A stretch of DNA of 63,777 nucleotides, the filler included. It is 8 parts of 8 records of this genome, joined end to end, with 100 filler letters (N's around TTAATTAATTAA, not from the genome) between each part and the next. Parts side by side here need not be neighbours in the genome. Positions count along the whole stretch, not along the records: positions 1 to 7,270 come from SRR31156797_4844; positions 7,371 to 13,999 come from SRR31156797_4848; 6 more parts are not named here. One strand, written 5' to 3'. Of the stretch, positions 1-10,456 are shown one piece after another. The notes below the pieces were generated by a model. That model was given only the letters and a program-made list of their open reading frames with translations. It did not search any database and had not been told where the DNA came from. Both the position numbers and the translations under genes were made by a program. Each line of letters begins with the position of its first letter. The first letter of the stretch is position 1.

Positions 1-89
1 TTCTTTTTATTAATCACATACAAACGTCCTTTTCTTCTCACGATTTTACAATCTTCAGAACGTTTCTTTACAGATGCTCTTACTTTCAT
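1..89 (-). CDS. rpmJ: 50S ribosomal protein L36 (3' truncated by window edge)
   Basis: Manual translation [29 protein letters not shown], directly downstream of infA; absent from ORF track. Confidence 0.95.
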   Translation of the reverse strand, partial: MKVRASVKKRSEDCKIVRRKGRLYVINKK

Positions 90-101
90 TTTTATCGAAA
101 T

Positions 102-323
102 TTAATTTTTGTATCTAAAAGTAATGCGCCCTTTAGTAAGATCGTAAGGTGACATTTCAACCTTTACTTTATCACCCGGTAAGATCTTAATGTAGTGCAT
201 TCTCATTTTACCGGAAATGTGAGCAGTAATCACATGACCGTTCTCAAGTTCTACACGAAACATAGCATTTGATAATGCTTCGGTAATAGTACCGTCTTGT
301 TCTATTGAAGGCTGTTTAGCCAT
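102..323 (-). CDS. infA: Translation initiation factor IF-1
   Basis: [11 protein letters not shown]...[19 protein letters not shown], typical IF-1. Confidence 0.98.
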   Translation of the reverse strand: MAKQPSIEQDGTITEALSNAMFRVELENGHVITAHISGKMRMHYIKILPGDKVKVEMSPYDLTKGRITFRYKN

Positions 324-346
324 AAGCTCTTTATATATTTATTTGG

Positions 347-1108
347 TTATTCTTCAATAAATTCAAAACCGGACAGGATTTGAGCCTTCCCTTTTCTTAC
401 AACTATTGTTTGTTCGAAATGAGCGGACGCTTGTCCATCGGCCGTTACAATTGTCCAACCATCTTCCTCGGTAAAGATTTCTCTTTTTCCAAGATTAATC
501 ATTGGTTCAATTGCTAGTACTAATCCATCTCTCAATTTTAATCCTCTTCCATTTCTTCCATAATTTGGAACTTGAGGATCTTCATGAAGATTTTTTCCTA
601 TTCCGTGCCCTACCATTTCTCGAACCACTGAGTAATTATATTCCTCAGCATGTCTTTGAACGGCAAAACCGATATCTCTTAAATGATTTCCATCAACCGC
701 TTTTTCTATTCCTAGAAATAAAGCTTCTTTGGTAATCTTTAATAGTTGCTGAATCTCCGGTTTTATTTCTCCCACTGAAAAAGTATATGCCGAATCACCA
801 TAAAAATCATTCAACAATACCCCACAATCACAAGATACAATATCGCCTTCTTTCAACTCATAGGAAGACGGAACCCCATGAACAACCTGATTGTTAACTG
901 AAACGCACAAGGTGTTAGGAAATCCATCGTAATTAAGAAATGCCGGCTCACCACCATTATCTCTTATATACTCCTCTGCAATCTTATCTAAGCCTAAGGT
1001 AGATATACCTGGAGCTATGGCCTTAGATATTTCACCTAAGGTCCTAGCTACCAGATTATTACTTTTATAGAGTAACTCTATCTCTTCCTCTGTCTTATAA
1101 AAAATCAC
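347..1108 (-). CDS. map: Type I methionine aminopeptidase
   Basis: VVHGVP, GDSAYT, GHGIG..LHEDP, AIEPM, SAHFE metal-binding motifs; GTG start; between secY and infA. Confidence 0.97.
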   Translation of the reverse strand: MIFYKTEEEIELLYKSNNLVARTLGEISKAIAPGISTLGLDKIAEEYIRDNGGEPAFLNYDGFPNTLCVSVNNQVVHGVPSSYELKEGDIVSCDCGVLLNDFYGDSAYTFSVGEIKPEIQQLLKITKEALFLGIEKAVDGNHLRDIGFAVQRHAEEYNYSVVREMVGHGIGKNLHEDPQVPNYGRNGRGLKLRDGLVLAIEPMINLGKREIFTEEDGWTIVTADGQASAHFEQTIVVRKGKAQILSGFEFIEE

Positions 1109-1129
1109 TGCAAAGAAAGCAAAAATATT

Positions 1130-2473
1130 TTAATAAGCAGCAGCTCCTCCCGGAGATTTACCTTTTATTCTACCTGACTTCATCAATCCATCGTAGTGAC
1201 GCATCAATAAATGTGACTCAATTTGTTGCAATGTATCTAACACTACACCAACCAAAATCAACAATGAAGTACCTCCATAAAATTGTGCGAATTCATTATT
1301 CACTCCAGCAATCATTGCAAAAGCAGGTAAGATTGCTACAAAACCTAGGAACAATGATCCTGGTAATGTTATACGTGACATAACTGTATCCAAAAAGTCA
1401 ATTGTCTTCTTCCCCGGTTTGATACCAGGAATGAATCCACCATTCTTTTTCATGTCCTCAGCCATCTGAGTAGGATTAACAGTAATCGCAGTATAGAAAT
1501 ATGTGAACAAAACGATCATCACAAAGAATAGAGCATTGTAGTAAAATCCGGTAAAATCAGATAAAGCTGCAGCTACTCCTGTTAATGCATCCGAACTAGC
1601 ATAGTTAACAAACGCCATTGGCAAAAACATGATTGCCTGAGCAAAAATGATTGGCATTACACCAGCTGCATTCACTTTTAAAGGAATGTACTGACGAACT
1701 CCACCATATTGTTTGTTACCTACAATTCTCTTAGCATATTGTACTGGTATCTTTCTTGTTCCTTGTACCAACATAATTGTTACTACAAAAATGAAGAATA
1801 GCATCACAATCTCAAGAACAAGAACGATTAAACCACCGCCGTGTCCTTCAATTCTAGATCCTAATTCAGCAATGAACGAGAATGGTAATCTTGCAATGAT
1901 ACCGATCATGATAATAATGGAGATACCATTACCGATTCCTTTATCGGTAATTTTTTCACCTAACCACATGATAAACATTGATCCCGCTGCAAGAATTACA
2001 ACTGAAGATACAGTAAAGAAAGTACCTTTAAGAATAAAGGCTGCTTCAGGTAATGTTGAATGTAAGTTTAATAAATATCCTGGCGCTTGAAGAACAAGGA
2101 TTATTACAGTTAGGTAACGGGTAATTTGATTGATTTTTCTACGTCCACTTTCACCCTCACGCTGCAATCTTTGGAAATAAGGAACCGCGATTCCCATTAA
2201 CTGAATTACAATGGAAGCTGAAATGTATGGCATGATACCCAAGGCAAAGATGGATGCATTTGCAAACGCCCCCCCGGAAAACATGTTCAACAATCCCAAA
2301 ACTCCCTCTGAAGTTTGTGATTTTAACGCTTCTAAATGAGCCGGATCAATACCCGGCAAAACCACCTTAGCACCTAAACGGTAAACTAACAGAAGACCCA
2401 GAGTAGTTAAGATACGTGATCTTAAATCCTCAATCTTCCAGATGTTCTTCAATGTCTCTATTAAACCTTTCAT
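1130..2473 (-). CDS. secY: Preprotein translocase subunit SecY
   Basis: SIFALGIMPYISASI, WLGEKITDKGIGNGIS, GFIPGIKPG motifs. Confidence 0.99.
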   Translation of the reverse strand: MKGLIETLKNIWKIEDLRSRILTTLGLLLVYRLGAKVVLPGIDPAHLEALKSQTSEGVLGLLNMFSGGAFANASIFALGIMPYISASIVIQLMGIAVPYFQRLQREGESGRRKINQITRYLTVIILVLQAPGYLLNLHSTLPEAAFILKGTFFTVSSVVILAAGSMFIMWLGEKITDKGIGNGISIIIMIGIIARLPFSFIAELGSRIEGHGGGLIVLVLEIVMLFFIFVVTIMLVQGTRKIPVQYAKRIVGNKQYGGVRQYIPLKVNAAGVMPIIFAQAIMFLPMAFVNYASSDALTGVAAALSDFTGFYYNALFFVMIVLFTYFYTAITVNPTQMAEDMKKNGGFIPGIKPGKKTIDFLDTVMSRITLPGSLFLGFVAILPAFAMIAGVNNEFAQFYGGTSLLILVGVVLDTLQQIESHLLMRHYDGLMKSGRIKGKSPGGAAAY

Positions 2474-2482
2474 TATATAAAC

Positions 2483-2929
2483 TTACAATTTAACAACTGT
2501 TCCTTCTACCGCTTCAATCGCTGATTGAGCAGATTTTGAGAATGCATGAGCTTTTACTTCTAACTTAGCAGTAATCGTTCCATTACCTAAAATCTTAACG
2601 TTATCGTTCTTTGATGCTAAACCAGCATTTACTAAAACATTTACGTCGATAACTGTAATGTTATTTTTTTCTGCCAAGGCTTGTAAAACGTCAACATTAA
2701 TAGCTTTGTATTCTTTTCTGTTGATGTTCTTAAATCCAAACTTAGGAACTCTACGTTGCAAAGGCATTTGACCCCCTTCGAATCCAACTTTTTTAGAGTA
2801 TCCAGATCTTGACTTCGCACCTTTATGTCCTCTAGTTGAGGTTCCACCTCTACCAGATCCTTGTCCGCGACCTATTCTTTTATTTGTCTTTACAGAACCA
2901 GCTGCGGGTTTTAAGTTACTTAAGTCCAT
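2483..2929 (-). CDS. rplO: 50S ribosomal protein L15
   Basis: RIGRGQGSGRGGTSTRGHKG, GFEGGQMPL. Confidence 0.98.
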   Translation of the reverse strand: MDLSNLKPAAGSVKTNKRIGRGQGSGRGGTSTRGHKGAKSRSGYSKKVGFEGGQMPLQRRVPKFGFKNINRKEYKAINVDVLQALAEKNNITVIDVNVLVNAGLASKNDNVKILGNGTITAKLEVKAHAFSKSAQSAIEAVEGTVVKL

Positions 2930-2959
2930 ATCTATTTATTACTAAATATTTACAATGAT

Positions 2960-3136
2960 TTATTCTTCTACGGAAACCAAGTGTTGCACCTTCACTACCA
3001 TACCCTTAATTTGAGGAGTAGCTTCGTGCTCAACAGTAGCATTGATTTTATTCAAACCTAATGCTTCCAAGGTTTTTTTCTGGCGATCGGTACTACCGAT
3101 TTTGCTCTTGATTTGAGTAATTTTAATCTTAGCCAT
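2960..3136 (-). CDS. rpmD: 50S ribosomal protein L30
   Basis: Manual translation, 58 aa [28 protein letters not shown]...HLVSVEE, between rpsE and rplO; below ORF-track cutoff. Confidence 0.96.
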   Translation of the reverse strand: MAKIKITQIKSKIGSTDRQKKTLEALGLNKINATVEHEATPQIKGMVVKVQHLVSVEE

Positions 3137-3147
3137 TTTCCTTATTC

Positions 3148-3660
3148 TTATCCGTTAAACACTTTATCCAATGAAACACCTCGTTGTTCAGCAACAGTAT
3201 GAGCATCTCTTAATTCAGCAAGAGCTTCAAATGTTGCTTTCACAAGGTTGTGAGGGTTTGATGAACCTTTTGATTTTGCAAGTACATCAGTTACACCAAC
3301 ACTCTCCAATACAGCACGCATCGCACCACCGGCTTTAACCCCGGTACCATGAGAAGCAGGCTTAATGAAAACCTCTGCTCCGCCGAAACGTGAAAGTTGC
3401 TCGTGAGGAATAGTTCCCTTGTAAACAGGTACTTTAATCAAATTTTTCTTAGCAGCGTCAACTCCTTTAGAGATAGCAGTGGTAACCTCATTAGCTTTAC
3501 CAAGACCCCATCCTACTAATCCATTCTCGTTACCTACAACAACAATTGCAGAAAAGCTAAAAGTTCTACCACCTTTTGTTACTTTGGTAACACGATTAAT
3601 AGCAACCAGTCTATCTTTAAGCTCTGCGTCGCTTGTCTTAACATTTTTGATATCTGCCAT
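3148..3660 (-). CDS. rpsE: 30S ribosomal protein S5
   Basis: [24 protein letters not shown]. Confidence 0.98.
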   Translation of the reverse strand: MADIKNVKTSDAELKDRLVAINRVTKVTKGGRTFSFSAIVVVGNENGLVGWGLGKANEVTTAISKGVDAAKKNLIKVPVYKGTIPHEQLSRFGGAEVFIKPASHGTGVKAGGAMRAVLESVGVTDVLAKSKGSSNPHNLVKATFEALAELRDAHTVAEQRGVSLDKVFNG

Positions 3661-3665
3661 AATTA

Positions 3666-4022
3666 TTAAAATTTAAGGCCACTTTTACGAGCAGCGTCCG
3701 CTAAAGATTTAACTCTACCATGGTATAGATAACCATTTCTATCGAATACAACACTAGCGTATCCAGCCTCTTTTGCTTTTTCAGCAATTGCTTGTCCTAC
3801 TAGTTCTGCTTGTTCAATTTTTGTTACTGATTTTTCAGCAATTTCTTTTACTAACGAACTAGTCGTTAATAAAGTCTTTCCTGAAAGATCATCAATCAAT
3901 TGTACTGAAATCTGCTTATTAGAACGAAAAACTGACATTCTTGGTCTTTCAGCAGTTCCAGAAACAGACTTACGAATTCTTCTTTTAATTCTTAGTCTTC
4001 TTTCTTGCTTAGTTAAAGCCAT
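3666..4022 (-). CDS. rplR: 50S ribosomal protein L18
   Basis: [25 protein letters not shown]. Confidence 0.98.
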   Translation of the reverse strand: MALTKQERRLRIKRRIRKSVSGTAERPRMSVFRSNKQISVQLIDDLSGKTLLTTSSLVKEIAEKSVTKIEQAELVGQAIAEKAKEAGYASVVFDRNGYLYHGRVKSLADAARKSGLKF

Positions 4023-4040
4023 AATTTACTGTTTTAGAAA

Positions 4041-4595
4041 TTATTTACCTGCAGATTTACCAGCTTTTCTTCTAAGCTGCTCTCCAACAAATTTAACACC
4101 TTTTCCTTTATATGGTTCAGGTTTTCTGAATGATCTGATCTTCGCTGCAACCTGACCTACTAATTGCTTATCGCAACTTTCAAGAGTAATAATCGGGTTT
4201 GCACGCTTCTCAGTAACTGCAGTTACTTTAACCTCTGGAGCAATTTCCAAGTGGATCAAGTGAGAATAACCTAAAGCCAATTCTAAAATCTGACCTTTAG
4301 AAGTCGCTCTATAACCTACACCTACAAGCTCTTGTTCGATTTTGTAACCATTAGTAACACCCTCAACCATGTTGTTCAACAAAGAACGGTATAAACCGTG
4401 CAATGCTTTGTCTTTATTCTGATCAGAAGGACGCTCAAGAACAATACGATTATCTTCTACAGAAACCTTGATTTCGGTATTAATTTGTTGTGTTAATTCA
4501 CCTTTAGGTCCTTTAACTACTACTGAATTATCTTTATTTACCGTTACGCTTACTCCGGCAGGCAAATTGATAGGTAATTTTCCAATTCGTGACAT
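4041..4595 (-). CDS. rplF: 50S ribosomal protein L6
   Basis: MSRIGKLPI, RKPEPYKGKGV. Confidence 0.98.
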   Translation of the reverse strand: MSRIGKLPINLPAGVSVTVNKDNSVVVKGPKGELTQQINTEIKVSVEDNRIVLERPSDQNKDKALHGLYRSLLNNMVEGVTNGYKIEQELVGVGYRATSKGQILELALGYSHLIHLEIAPEVKVTAVTEKRANPIITLESCDKQLVGQVAAKIRSFRKPEPYKGKGVKFVGEQLRRKAGKSAGK

Positions 4596-4611
4596 TTCTA
4601 ATCCTCCTTAA

Positions 4612-5007
4612 TTAATAAACGTAACACAATATTTCACCACCAACATGCTTCTGACGAGCTTCCTTGTCAGTCATTACTCCCTGAGAAGTAGAAAGAATCG
4701 CAATTCCTAAACCGTTAAGTACGCGAGGTAATTCTAAAGCTCCACAATATTTTCTCAAACCTGGTTTTGACACACGTTTAAGATCTTTAATTGCTGAGAT
4801 TTTGGTTTCTGGATGGTACTTCAGAGCAATTTTAATTGTTCCTTGGACACCATCATCTACAAATTTGTAGTTAAGGATATAACCTTTATCCTTAAGAATC
4901 TTTGTCATTTCTTTTTTCACGTTCGATGCTGGCAATTCCACCACTTTGTGGTTTGCCATGATCGCATTTCTTAAACGTGTAAGAAAATCTGCTATTGGAT
5001 CTGTCAT
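4612..5007 (-). CDS. rpsH: 30S ribosomal protein S8
   Basis: [32 protein letters not shown]; start corrected to ATG at 5007. Confidence 0.97.
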   Translation of the reverse strand: MTDPIADFLTRLRNAIMANHKVVELPASNVKKEMTKILKDKGYILNYKFVDDGVQGTIKIALKYHPETKISAIKDLKRVSKPGLRKYCGALELPRVLNGLGIAILSTSQGVMTDKEARQKHVGGEILCYVY

Positions 5008-5021
5008 TATATAAAAATTAA

Positions 5022-5046
5022 ATTGATCCCGATTGCTCGGGACAAT
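5022..5046 (-). promoter_or_regulatory. GNRA-capped hairpin in the rpsN-rpsH spacer (candidate translational operator)
   Basis: mRNA AUUG-UCCCGA-GCAA-UCGGGA-U-CAAU: 10-bp stem, single U bulge, ending 14 nt before the rpsH AUG. Confidence 0.45.
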
Positions 5047-5077
5047 ATTTAACAAAATTCTGATAACAAAAATTTGA

Positions 5078-5347
5078 TTACCAACTTGCCTTCTTTACTC
5101 CTGGGATTAGACCTGAAGAAGCCATCTCACGGAAAGTGATACGACTAACTCCGAATTGTCTCATATATCCTTTAGGACGTCCAGTAATCTTACATCTGTT
5201 GTGCAAACGAACAGGTGAAGAGTTTTTAGGCAAACGACTAAGTGCGATATAATCGCCTTCCTCTTTTAGTTTAGCTCTTTTAGCTGCGTATTTTTCAACT
5301 AACTTTTGACGCTTAACTTCGCGAGCTTTCATTGATTCTTTAGCCAT
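5078..5347 (-). CDS. rpsN: 30S ribosomal protein S14 (89-aa zinc-free form)
   Basis: [14 protein letters not shown]...[11 protein letters not shown]; no CxxC pairs. Confidence 0.98.
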   Translation of the reverse strand: MAKESMKAREVKRQKLVEKYAAKRAKLKEEGDYIALSRLPKNSSPVRLHNRCKITGRPKGYMRQFGVSRITFREMASSGLIPGVKKASW

Positions 5348-5351
5348 CGTC

Positions 5352-5906
5352 TTATTTTTTTAGATTTTTAAATGGTAATCCAAATTCTTTCAATAGAGCA
5401 TAAGCTTCTTCGTCGGTATTAGCAGTAGTAACGAAGGTAATGTTCATACCCATAATCTTGTTGATTTCGTCCAACACGATTTCTGGGAAAATGATTTGCT
5501 CTTCGATACCTAAAGTATAGTTACCTCTTCCGTCTAATTTGCTCTTGATACCTCTAAAGTCACGAATACGTGGTAAAGCAACACGAACAAGTTTCTCAAG
5601 AAATTCGTACATGCGCTCGCGACGTAAAGTCACAGTAGTACCAATTGGCATACCTTTACGCAATTTAAAGTTCGAAATATCTTTTGAAGACATTGTCTGT
5701 ACAGCTTTCTGTCCAGTAATAGCAGTGATCTCGTTTACAGAGAATTCAAGTACTTTTTTATCAGCAATCGCCTGACCAACACCTTGATTAATTACTATCT
5801 TCGTTAATTTTGGTGCTTGCATTACAGTTTTGTAATCAAATTCCTTCATTAAAGATGGAACGATTTCTTCTGCATACTGTTTTTTAAGAGTCGGTGTATA
5901 GCTCAT
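5352..5906 (-). CDS. rplE: 50S ribosomal protein L5
   Basis: [26 protein letters not shown]. Confidence 0.98.
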   Translation of the reverse strand: MSYTPTLKKQYAEEIVPSLMKEFDYKTVMQAPKLTKIVINQGVGQAIADKKVLEFSVNEITAITGQKAVQTMSSKDISNFKLRKGMPIGTTVTLRRERMYEFLEKLVRVALPRIRDFRGIKSKLDGRGNYTLGIEEQIIFPEIVLDEINKIMGMNITFVTTANTDEEAYALLKEFGLPFKNLKK

Positions 5907-6223
5907 TACTTAATCTCCTCCCCTGACTTTTTAGAGTATCTAACTAATTTATTGTCATCGCCCATTTTTCTACCAATACGAGTAGCATTTCCTGTTGAAG
6001 GATCTTTCACATTCAAATTTGAAATGTGAATTGGGGCTTCTCTTTTAACGATACCACCCTGAGGATTCTCTGCATTTGGCTTAGTATGCTTAGAAATCAT
6101 ATTAACACCTTCCACAACTGCACGTTGCTTGTCAATAAGAACTTCTAATACTTTACCTTCCTGACCTTTTGATTCCCCAGAATTAACAATTACGGTATCA
6201 CCTTTTTTAATATGTAACTTCAT
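5906..6223 (-). CDS. rplX: 50S ribosomal protein L24
   Basis: IKKGDTV KOW motif, EAPIHISN. Confidence 0.98.
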   Translation of the reverse strand: MKLHIKKGDTVIVNSGESKGQEGKVLEVLIDKQRAVVEGVNMISKHTKPNAENPQGGIVKREAPIHISNLNVKDPSTGNATRIGRKMGDDNKLVRYSKKSGEEIK

Positions 6224-6242
6224 TGTTCTTGGTTTACAAAGA

Positions 6243-6608
6243 TTATAAAACTTCTGGTGCTAAAGAAACGATCTTCATGTCAGTGTCACGTAACTCTCTT
6301 GCAACAGGTCCAAAAATACGGGTTCCTCTCATTTCACCAGCAGTATTCAACAATACACATGCGTTATCGTCGAAGCGAATATAAGATCCGTCTTGTCTTC
6401 TAATCTCTTTTTTGGTGCGAACAACAACTGCTTTTGTTACTGTTCCTTTTTTCATATCGGAACCGGCGATAGCGTTCTTTACGGTAACCACAATTTTATC
6501 GCCAATTGAAGCATAGCGTTTCTTGGTACCGCCTAACACACGTATACAAAGTACTTCCTTTGCACCGCTGTTATCAGCTACTAATAGTCTACTTTCTGTT
6601 TGTATCAT
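6243..6608 (-). CDS. rplN: 50S ribosomal protein L14
   Basis: [27 protein letters not shown]. Confidence 0.98.
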   Translation of the reverse strand: MIQTESRLLVADNSGAKEVLCIRVLGGTKKRYASIGDKIVVTVKNAIAGSDMKKGTVTKAVVVRTKKEIRRQDGSYIRFDDNACVLLNTAGEMRGTRIFGPVARELRDTDMKIVSLAPEVL

Positions 6609-6610
6609 GA

Positions 6611-6868
6611 TTACTTAGCTCTTTCAATAATTTCAACTAATCTCCAACTTTTATTTTTACTTAAAGGTCGGGTTTCCATGATTTTTACGGTATCACCTTC
6701 ATTACAGGTGTTTTCCTCGTCATGAGCAGTGAATTTCTTGGTTTTGTTCACAAACTTACCATAAATTGGGTGTTTTTCTTTAGTGTGAACCGCAATTGTA
6801 ATGGATTTTTCCATTTTATTGCTAACCACTACCCCGATACGCTCTTTTCTAAGATTTCTTTCCATCAC
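6611..6868 (-). CDS. rpsQ: 30S ribosomal protein S17
   Basis: [23 protein letters not shown]. Confidence 0.98.
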   Translation of the reverse strand: MMERNLRKERIGVVVSNKMEKSITIAVHTKEKHPIYGKFVNKTKKFTAHDEENTCNEGDTVKIMETRPLSKNKSWRLVEIIERAK

Positions 6869-6872
6869 TTTT

Positions 6873-7070
6873 TTACTTTTCAGTTAATTGTCTCTGACGT
6901 AACTCTGTCATCAATTTGGCAACGTTTCGTCTCGTTTCCTTAATTTGCAAAGGATTTTCCAAAGGTGAAATAGCGTGATTTAGTCTGAAGCGAGTTAACG
7001 ATGCTCTTTCGGCATCCAACTTTTCTACTATTTCCTGTGTTGTTAACTCTTTAATTTCTGAATTCTTCAT
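6873..7070 (-). CDS. rpmC: 50S ribosomal protein L29
   Basis: [21 protein letters not shown]; position in S10 operon. Confidence 0.96.
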   Translation of the reverse strand: MKNSEIKELTTQEIVEKLDAERASLTRFRLNHAISPLENPLQIKETRRNVAKLMTELRQRQLTEK

Positions 7071-7072
7071 GA

Positions 7073-7270
7073 TTAATCATTTGAATTTTCAACATAATCA
7101 CGTCTTACGACAAACTTTGTAGTAACAGGTAACTTTTGAGCAGCTAGACGTAAAGCCTCTTTTGCCACTTCGTAAGGTACTCCTTCACATTCGAATAACA
7201 TTCTTCCTGGTGAAACAGCTGCAACGAATCCTTCCGGTGCACCCTTACCTTTACCCATACGTACCTCTGC
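7073..7270 (-). CDS. rplP: 50S ribosomal protein L16 (5' truncated)
   Basis: [12 protein letters not shown]...LAAQKLPV. Confidence 0.96.
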   Translation of the reverse strand, partial: AEVRMGKGKGAPEGFVAAVSPGRMLFECEGVPYEVAKEALRLAAQKLPVTTKFVVRRDYVENSND

Positions 7271-7370
7271 NNNNNNNNNNNNNNNNNNNNNNNNNNNNNN
7301 NNNNNNNNNNNNNNTTAATTAATTAANNNNNNNNNNNNNNNNNNNNNNNNNNNNNNNNNNNNNNNNNNNN
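7271..7370. other. Artificial contig linker
   Basis: N-runs flanking TTAATTAATTAA (stops in all six frames), 100 nt. Confidence 0.97.
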
Positions 7371-7375
7371 TGTCA

Positions 7376-7417
7376 TTTTGTATTTTACAAAATACAAAAT
7401 ACAAAATACAAAGTCAA
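7376..7417. repeat. TACAAAA heptamer tandem repeat (three full units plus one partial) and one inverted copy, inside a leftward promoter-like sequence
   Basis: TTTTGTA at 7376-7382; TACAAAA at 7386, 7393, 7400 and partial at 7407; TTGACT on the minus strand at 7412-7417. Confidence 0.6.
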
Positions 7418-7638
7418 GCGTTTTGTAAATCAACACATAAAAGGCTCATCAACTCAGTGTAAGGGATAAAAGAGATATCTGTTCAAAATGTCTTGAATAT
7501 TTGAGTAGTTGGAGCGCAGGTAAAGAAAATATTTAAAAGATTGAGATAAACAACTCTCTTAATAAAAACAAGGGCTCTCTGGTCACACGCTCTTGTTTAC
7601 ATAATGGGGCCTTTGCGAGACTTCGCTGTCAGGCCGTT

Positions 7639-10092
7639 TTATATCTTTTTTCTGTCCAGGACCTTGCGTATAACTTCGGTAAGTTTATAAGCATTGATCG
7701 GTTTTGTAATTAATTCGGACACTCCGGCTTTACGGGCTTCTTCTTCTATCTTGGGGCCAAAAAAACCAGATGCAAGTATAATTGGAATGTTAATACCGGT
7801 TTCTCTCAACTTACGCGCTATTTCCAATCCGGTGAAATGCGGCATTGAATAATCGGTGATAAGCATATCAAAATCGTTCGGATTTGTTGCCAGGGCCGTC
7901 AAGGCGTCCCTGCTGTCAGCAAAAGCCGTCGCATGGTAACCGAAACTGTTCAATATATTCTGCATTGTCAAGACAATTGCTGTTTCGTCGTCCACAACGG
8001 CAATCCTTTCCGTACCGGTCTTGATAGATGAATCGATTTGATACTCTTCCGAATCGATTGCTTCCAGGCAAGGAAAAAAAATGTTAAAAACAGAGCCTTT
8101 TCCAATCTCGCTATAAACTGTAATAATCCCGTCCAATTTATTTACTATTCCATGCACGACGGATAATCCAAGCCCGGTGCCCTCGCCTTCGGGTTTGGTG
8201 GTATAAAAGGGGTCAAAGATACGGTTTCTAATCTCCGGTTCCATGCCGCTTCCAGTATCAGAAACGCGAAGTACTATGTGTTTCCCCTTTTTTATATTGG
8301 GGTGCGTCTTTGTGAATTCTTCATCCACAAAAAAGTCTTCCAATTCCAATTTAATTGTTCCACTGTTTTCCCCGATTGCATGAACGGCATTAGTGAAAAG
8401 ATTCATAACAACCTGGTGAATAAGAGTCGGTTCCGCCATTATGGCTGAATCCGTCTTCATTTCAGAATGAATATCGATTTTGGCGGGTATGGATGCTCGT
8501 AGAAGTTTCAAGACTTCTTTTATAACGGATTTAAGCGCCAAAGGTCGTAGTTCGACTTCTGTTTTTCTGCTAAAAACGAGTATCTGCTTGACAAGATCGC
8601 GTGCTCTTTCCGAAGCTGCGATTATTTGCCTTATATTTCTTTCCATATCTGAAACAGAGCCCTTTTTTAAGAGGGTCAACTCTGCGTAACCAAAAATACT
8701 GCCAAGAATATTATTGAAGTCGTGAGCTATTCCTCCGGCCATCGTACCTATGGCTTCAAGCTTCTGAGCCTGCTGGAGCCTCATTTCATGCACTAGTTCC
8801 GCTGTAATATCCCGGCCTATTTCAAGATAGCCCTCAATGGCGCCGCGCTCGCTTCTTATGGGAATAATCATAACACCAAGTGATATAGCCATGGAGTTAT
8901 CGCCTTTAATCGAGACTCGGCCCGACCAGGGAGCGCCTGCTTCAAGGGAATCCCAAATATCGCCGTCCGGAACATTATTCAGACTGTTAATTTCTAACTC
9001 TGTACCTATTATTTTTTCAGGTATTATTCCGGTTAATTTTTCAAAGGCGGGGTTTACGCCAATAATTTTTTTATCCAATCCTATTTGTATGATTAATTCG
9101 TTTGAGTGCCGGGTCAGATAATCCAGCATCTCCATAAACTTGTGGATAGGCCGGCTGATCCTGCTTGATGTAATTATTATTATGATGATTGTAGCTATCA
9201 GAAATAACATTCCACTGATGAAGATTGCGAGCAATACCTTATTCACCGGGGCCATTATTTCTTTCTGGCTTTGGCTGAATACGGCAATCCACCCGGTAAG
9301 GCCCACCATGTCGAGGCCGGCAATTCTTTCAACTCCCTCAAATGTGTAGGTTGCAACCCCTGTCTGCCGGCTCTGAATCACTGAATTTAATTTTTCCGAG
9401 CCCGGCTGATCCGGAACACGCACCTTAAGAATGAATTCTTTTCTTGGATGCACCAGTACAAGCCCTTCGGAATCGAGCAAGTAAGCGTAACCTGTGTCTC
9501 CGTATTGTGTTTCTGACAGAATTTTAATAATAAATTCTATATCGAAACCCAAGACGACGGCGCCGTAAAAATCATTATTTTCTATTATTGGGGCGCTTAC
9601 AAGCATGATGAGGTTACGGGGCGTTGCTGTTCCCCTTGCATGCAAAGGCCCCGAAATGCTGCTTTTTCCTTGTTTTGCCTTCAGGAAATATTCACGATCC
9701 GAAAGATTCAGACCAATTTGTCGGCGGAAACGGGGGTCCGCCCTGGCAATGCCGTTTCTATCCAGTAAGAATATTGTAGAAGTAGGCGTGCCTATACGTT
9801 TGTGTATTGCTTCCAACTCTACCTGGACTTCATTGTAATCCCCTGTTTTGGATGCTTTTACTACAACTGGATCCGCCGCAATGGATGAAGCAAGCAGTAT
9901 CTTCTGTCTCAAGATTGTATCTATTTTGGAGGATATATCATTTGCGAGATGGATTGATCTGTCTTTGGACATTTCCAAAAGGGAGCTGGAAAGCTGAATG
10001 TATATAATAATTCCTGCGATAGTGAAAGGTATTAACACAGCGGCGACGCCCGCGAATATCATCCTGAATTTTAATGCCGTATTTTTTACCAT
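7639..10092 (-). CDS. Hybrid sensor histidine kinase (TM-Cache-TM-PAS-HisKA-HATPase-REC)
   Basis: GGIAHDFNNILG H-box, QVVMNLFTNA N-box, DTGSGM, FDPFYTTK, GTGLGLS; REC with DD, D and KP. Confidence 0.93.
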   Translation of the reverse strand: MVKNTALKFRMIFAGVAAVLIPFTIAGIIIYIQLSSSLLEMSKDRSIHLANDISSKIDTILRQKILLASSIAADPVVVKASKTGDYNEVQVELEAIHKRIGTPTSTIFLLDRNGIARADPRFRRQIGLNLSDREYFLKAKQGKSSISGPLHARGTATPRNLIMLVSAPIIENNDFYGAVVLGFDIEFIIKILSETQYGDTGYAYLLDSEGLVLVHPRKEFILKVRVPDQPGSEKLNSVIQSRQTGVATYTFEGVERIAGLDMVGLTGWIAVFSQSQKEIMAPVNKVLLAIFISGMLFLIATIIIIIITSSRISRPIHKFMEMLDYLTRHSNELIIQIGLDKKIIGVNPAFEKLTGIIPEKIIGTELEINSLNNVPDGDIWDSLEAGAPWSGRVSIKGDNSMAISLGVMIIPIRSERGAIEGYLEIGRDITAELVHEMRLQQAQKLEAIGTMAGGIAHDFNNILGSIFGYAELTLLKKGSVSDMERNIRQIIAASERARDLVKQILVFSRKTEVELRPLALKSVIKEVLKLLRASIPAKIDIHSEMKTDSAIMAEPTLIHQVVMNLFTNAVHAIGENSGTIKLELEDFFVDEEFTKTHPNIKKGKHIVLRVSDTGSGMEPEIRNRIFDPFYTTKPEGEGTGLGLSVVHGIVNKLDGIITVYSEIGKGSVFNIFFPCLEAIDSEEYQIDSSIKTGTERIAVVDDETAIVLTMQNILNSFGYHATAFADSRDALTALATNPNDFDMLITDYSMPHFTGLEIARKLRETGINIPIILASGFFGPKIEEEARKAGVSELITKPINAYKLTEVIRKVLDRKKI

Positions 10093-10456
10093 TCTTTTTT
10101 CTGAGTTCCTTAGTGGTTTAATATATTGAAGTCTTGGAGGAGCAATACTGTAAAAAGCTTCAATCAGCTCGAATCAGAGATATGCATGAAACTTTAGCGT
10201 CGTCTCTTTTTTGAGCAGAATAGACCAGGTTAAAGAGATAAATAAATAAAATTTCATAATTAAAATTAATTATAAGTCATTTGAGAACTGTTTTCAAAAT
10301 AATGCGGCTCTTCACGCCGACTGGTCCTAATACCGCATCTGTTTAGGCGTCAAATTAACGACTGATAAAACCATGACTGCTTAATTGGGCCTCTGCCATA
10401 TTATGCCTTTTTGTAAACACCTTGTATAGTTCTATACGAATATACAGGTGTGAAAA

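Noticed and set aside
1-5347. Zinc-free S14 and L36, and no adk between secY and map
   Set aside because: Normal for Bacteroidota; not novel
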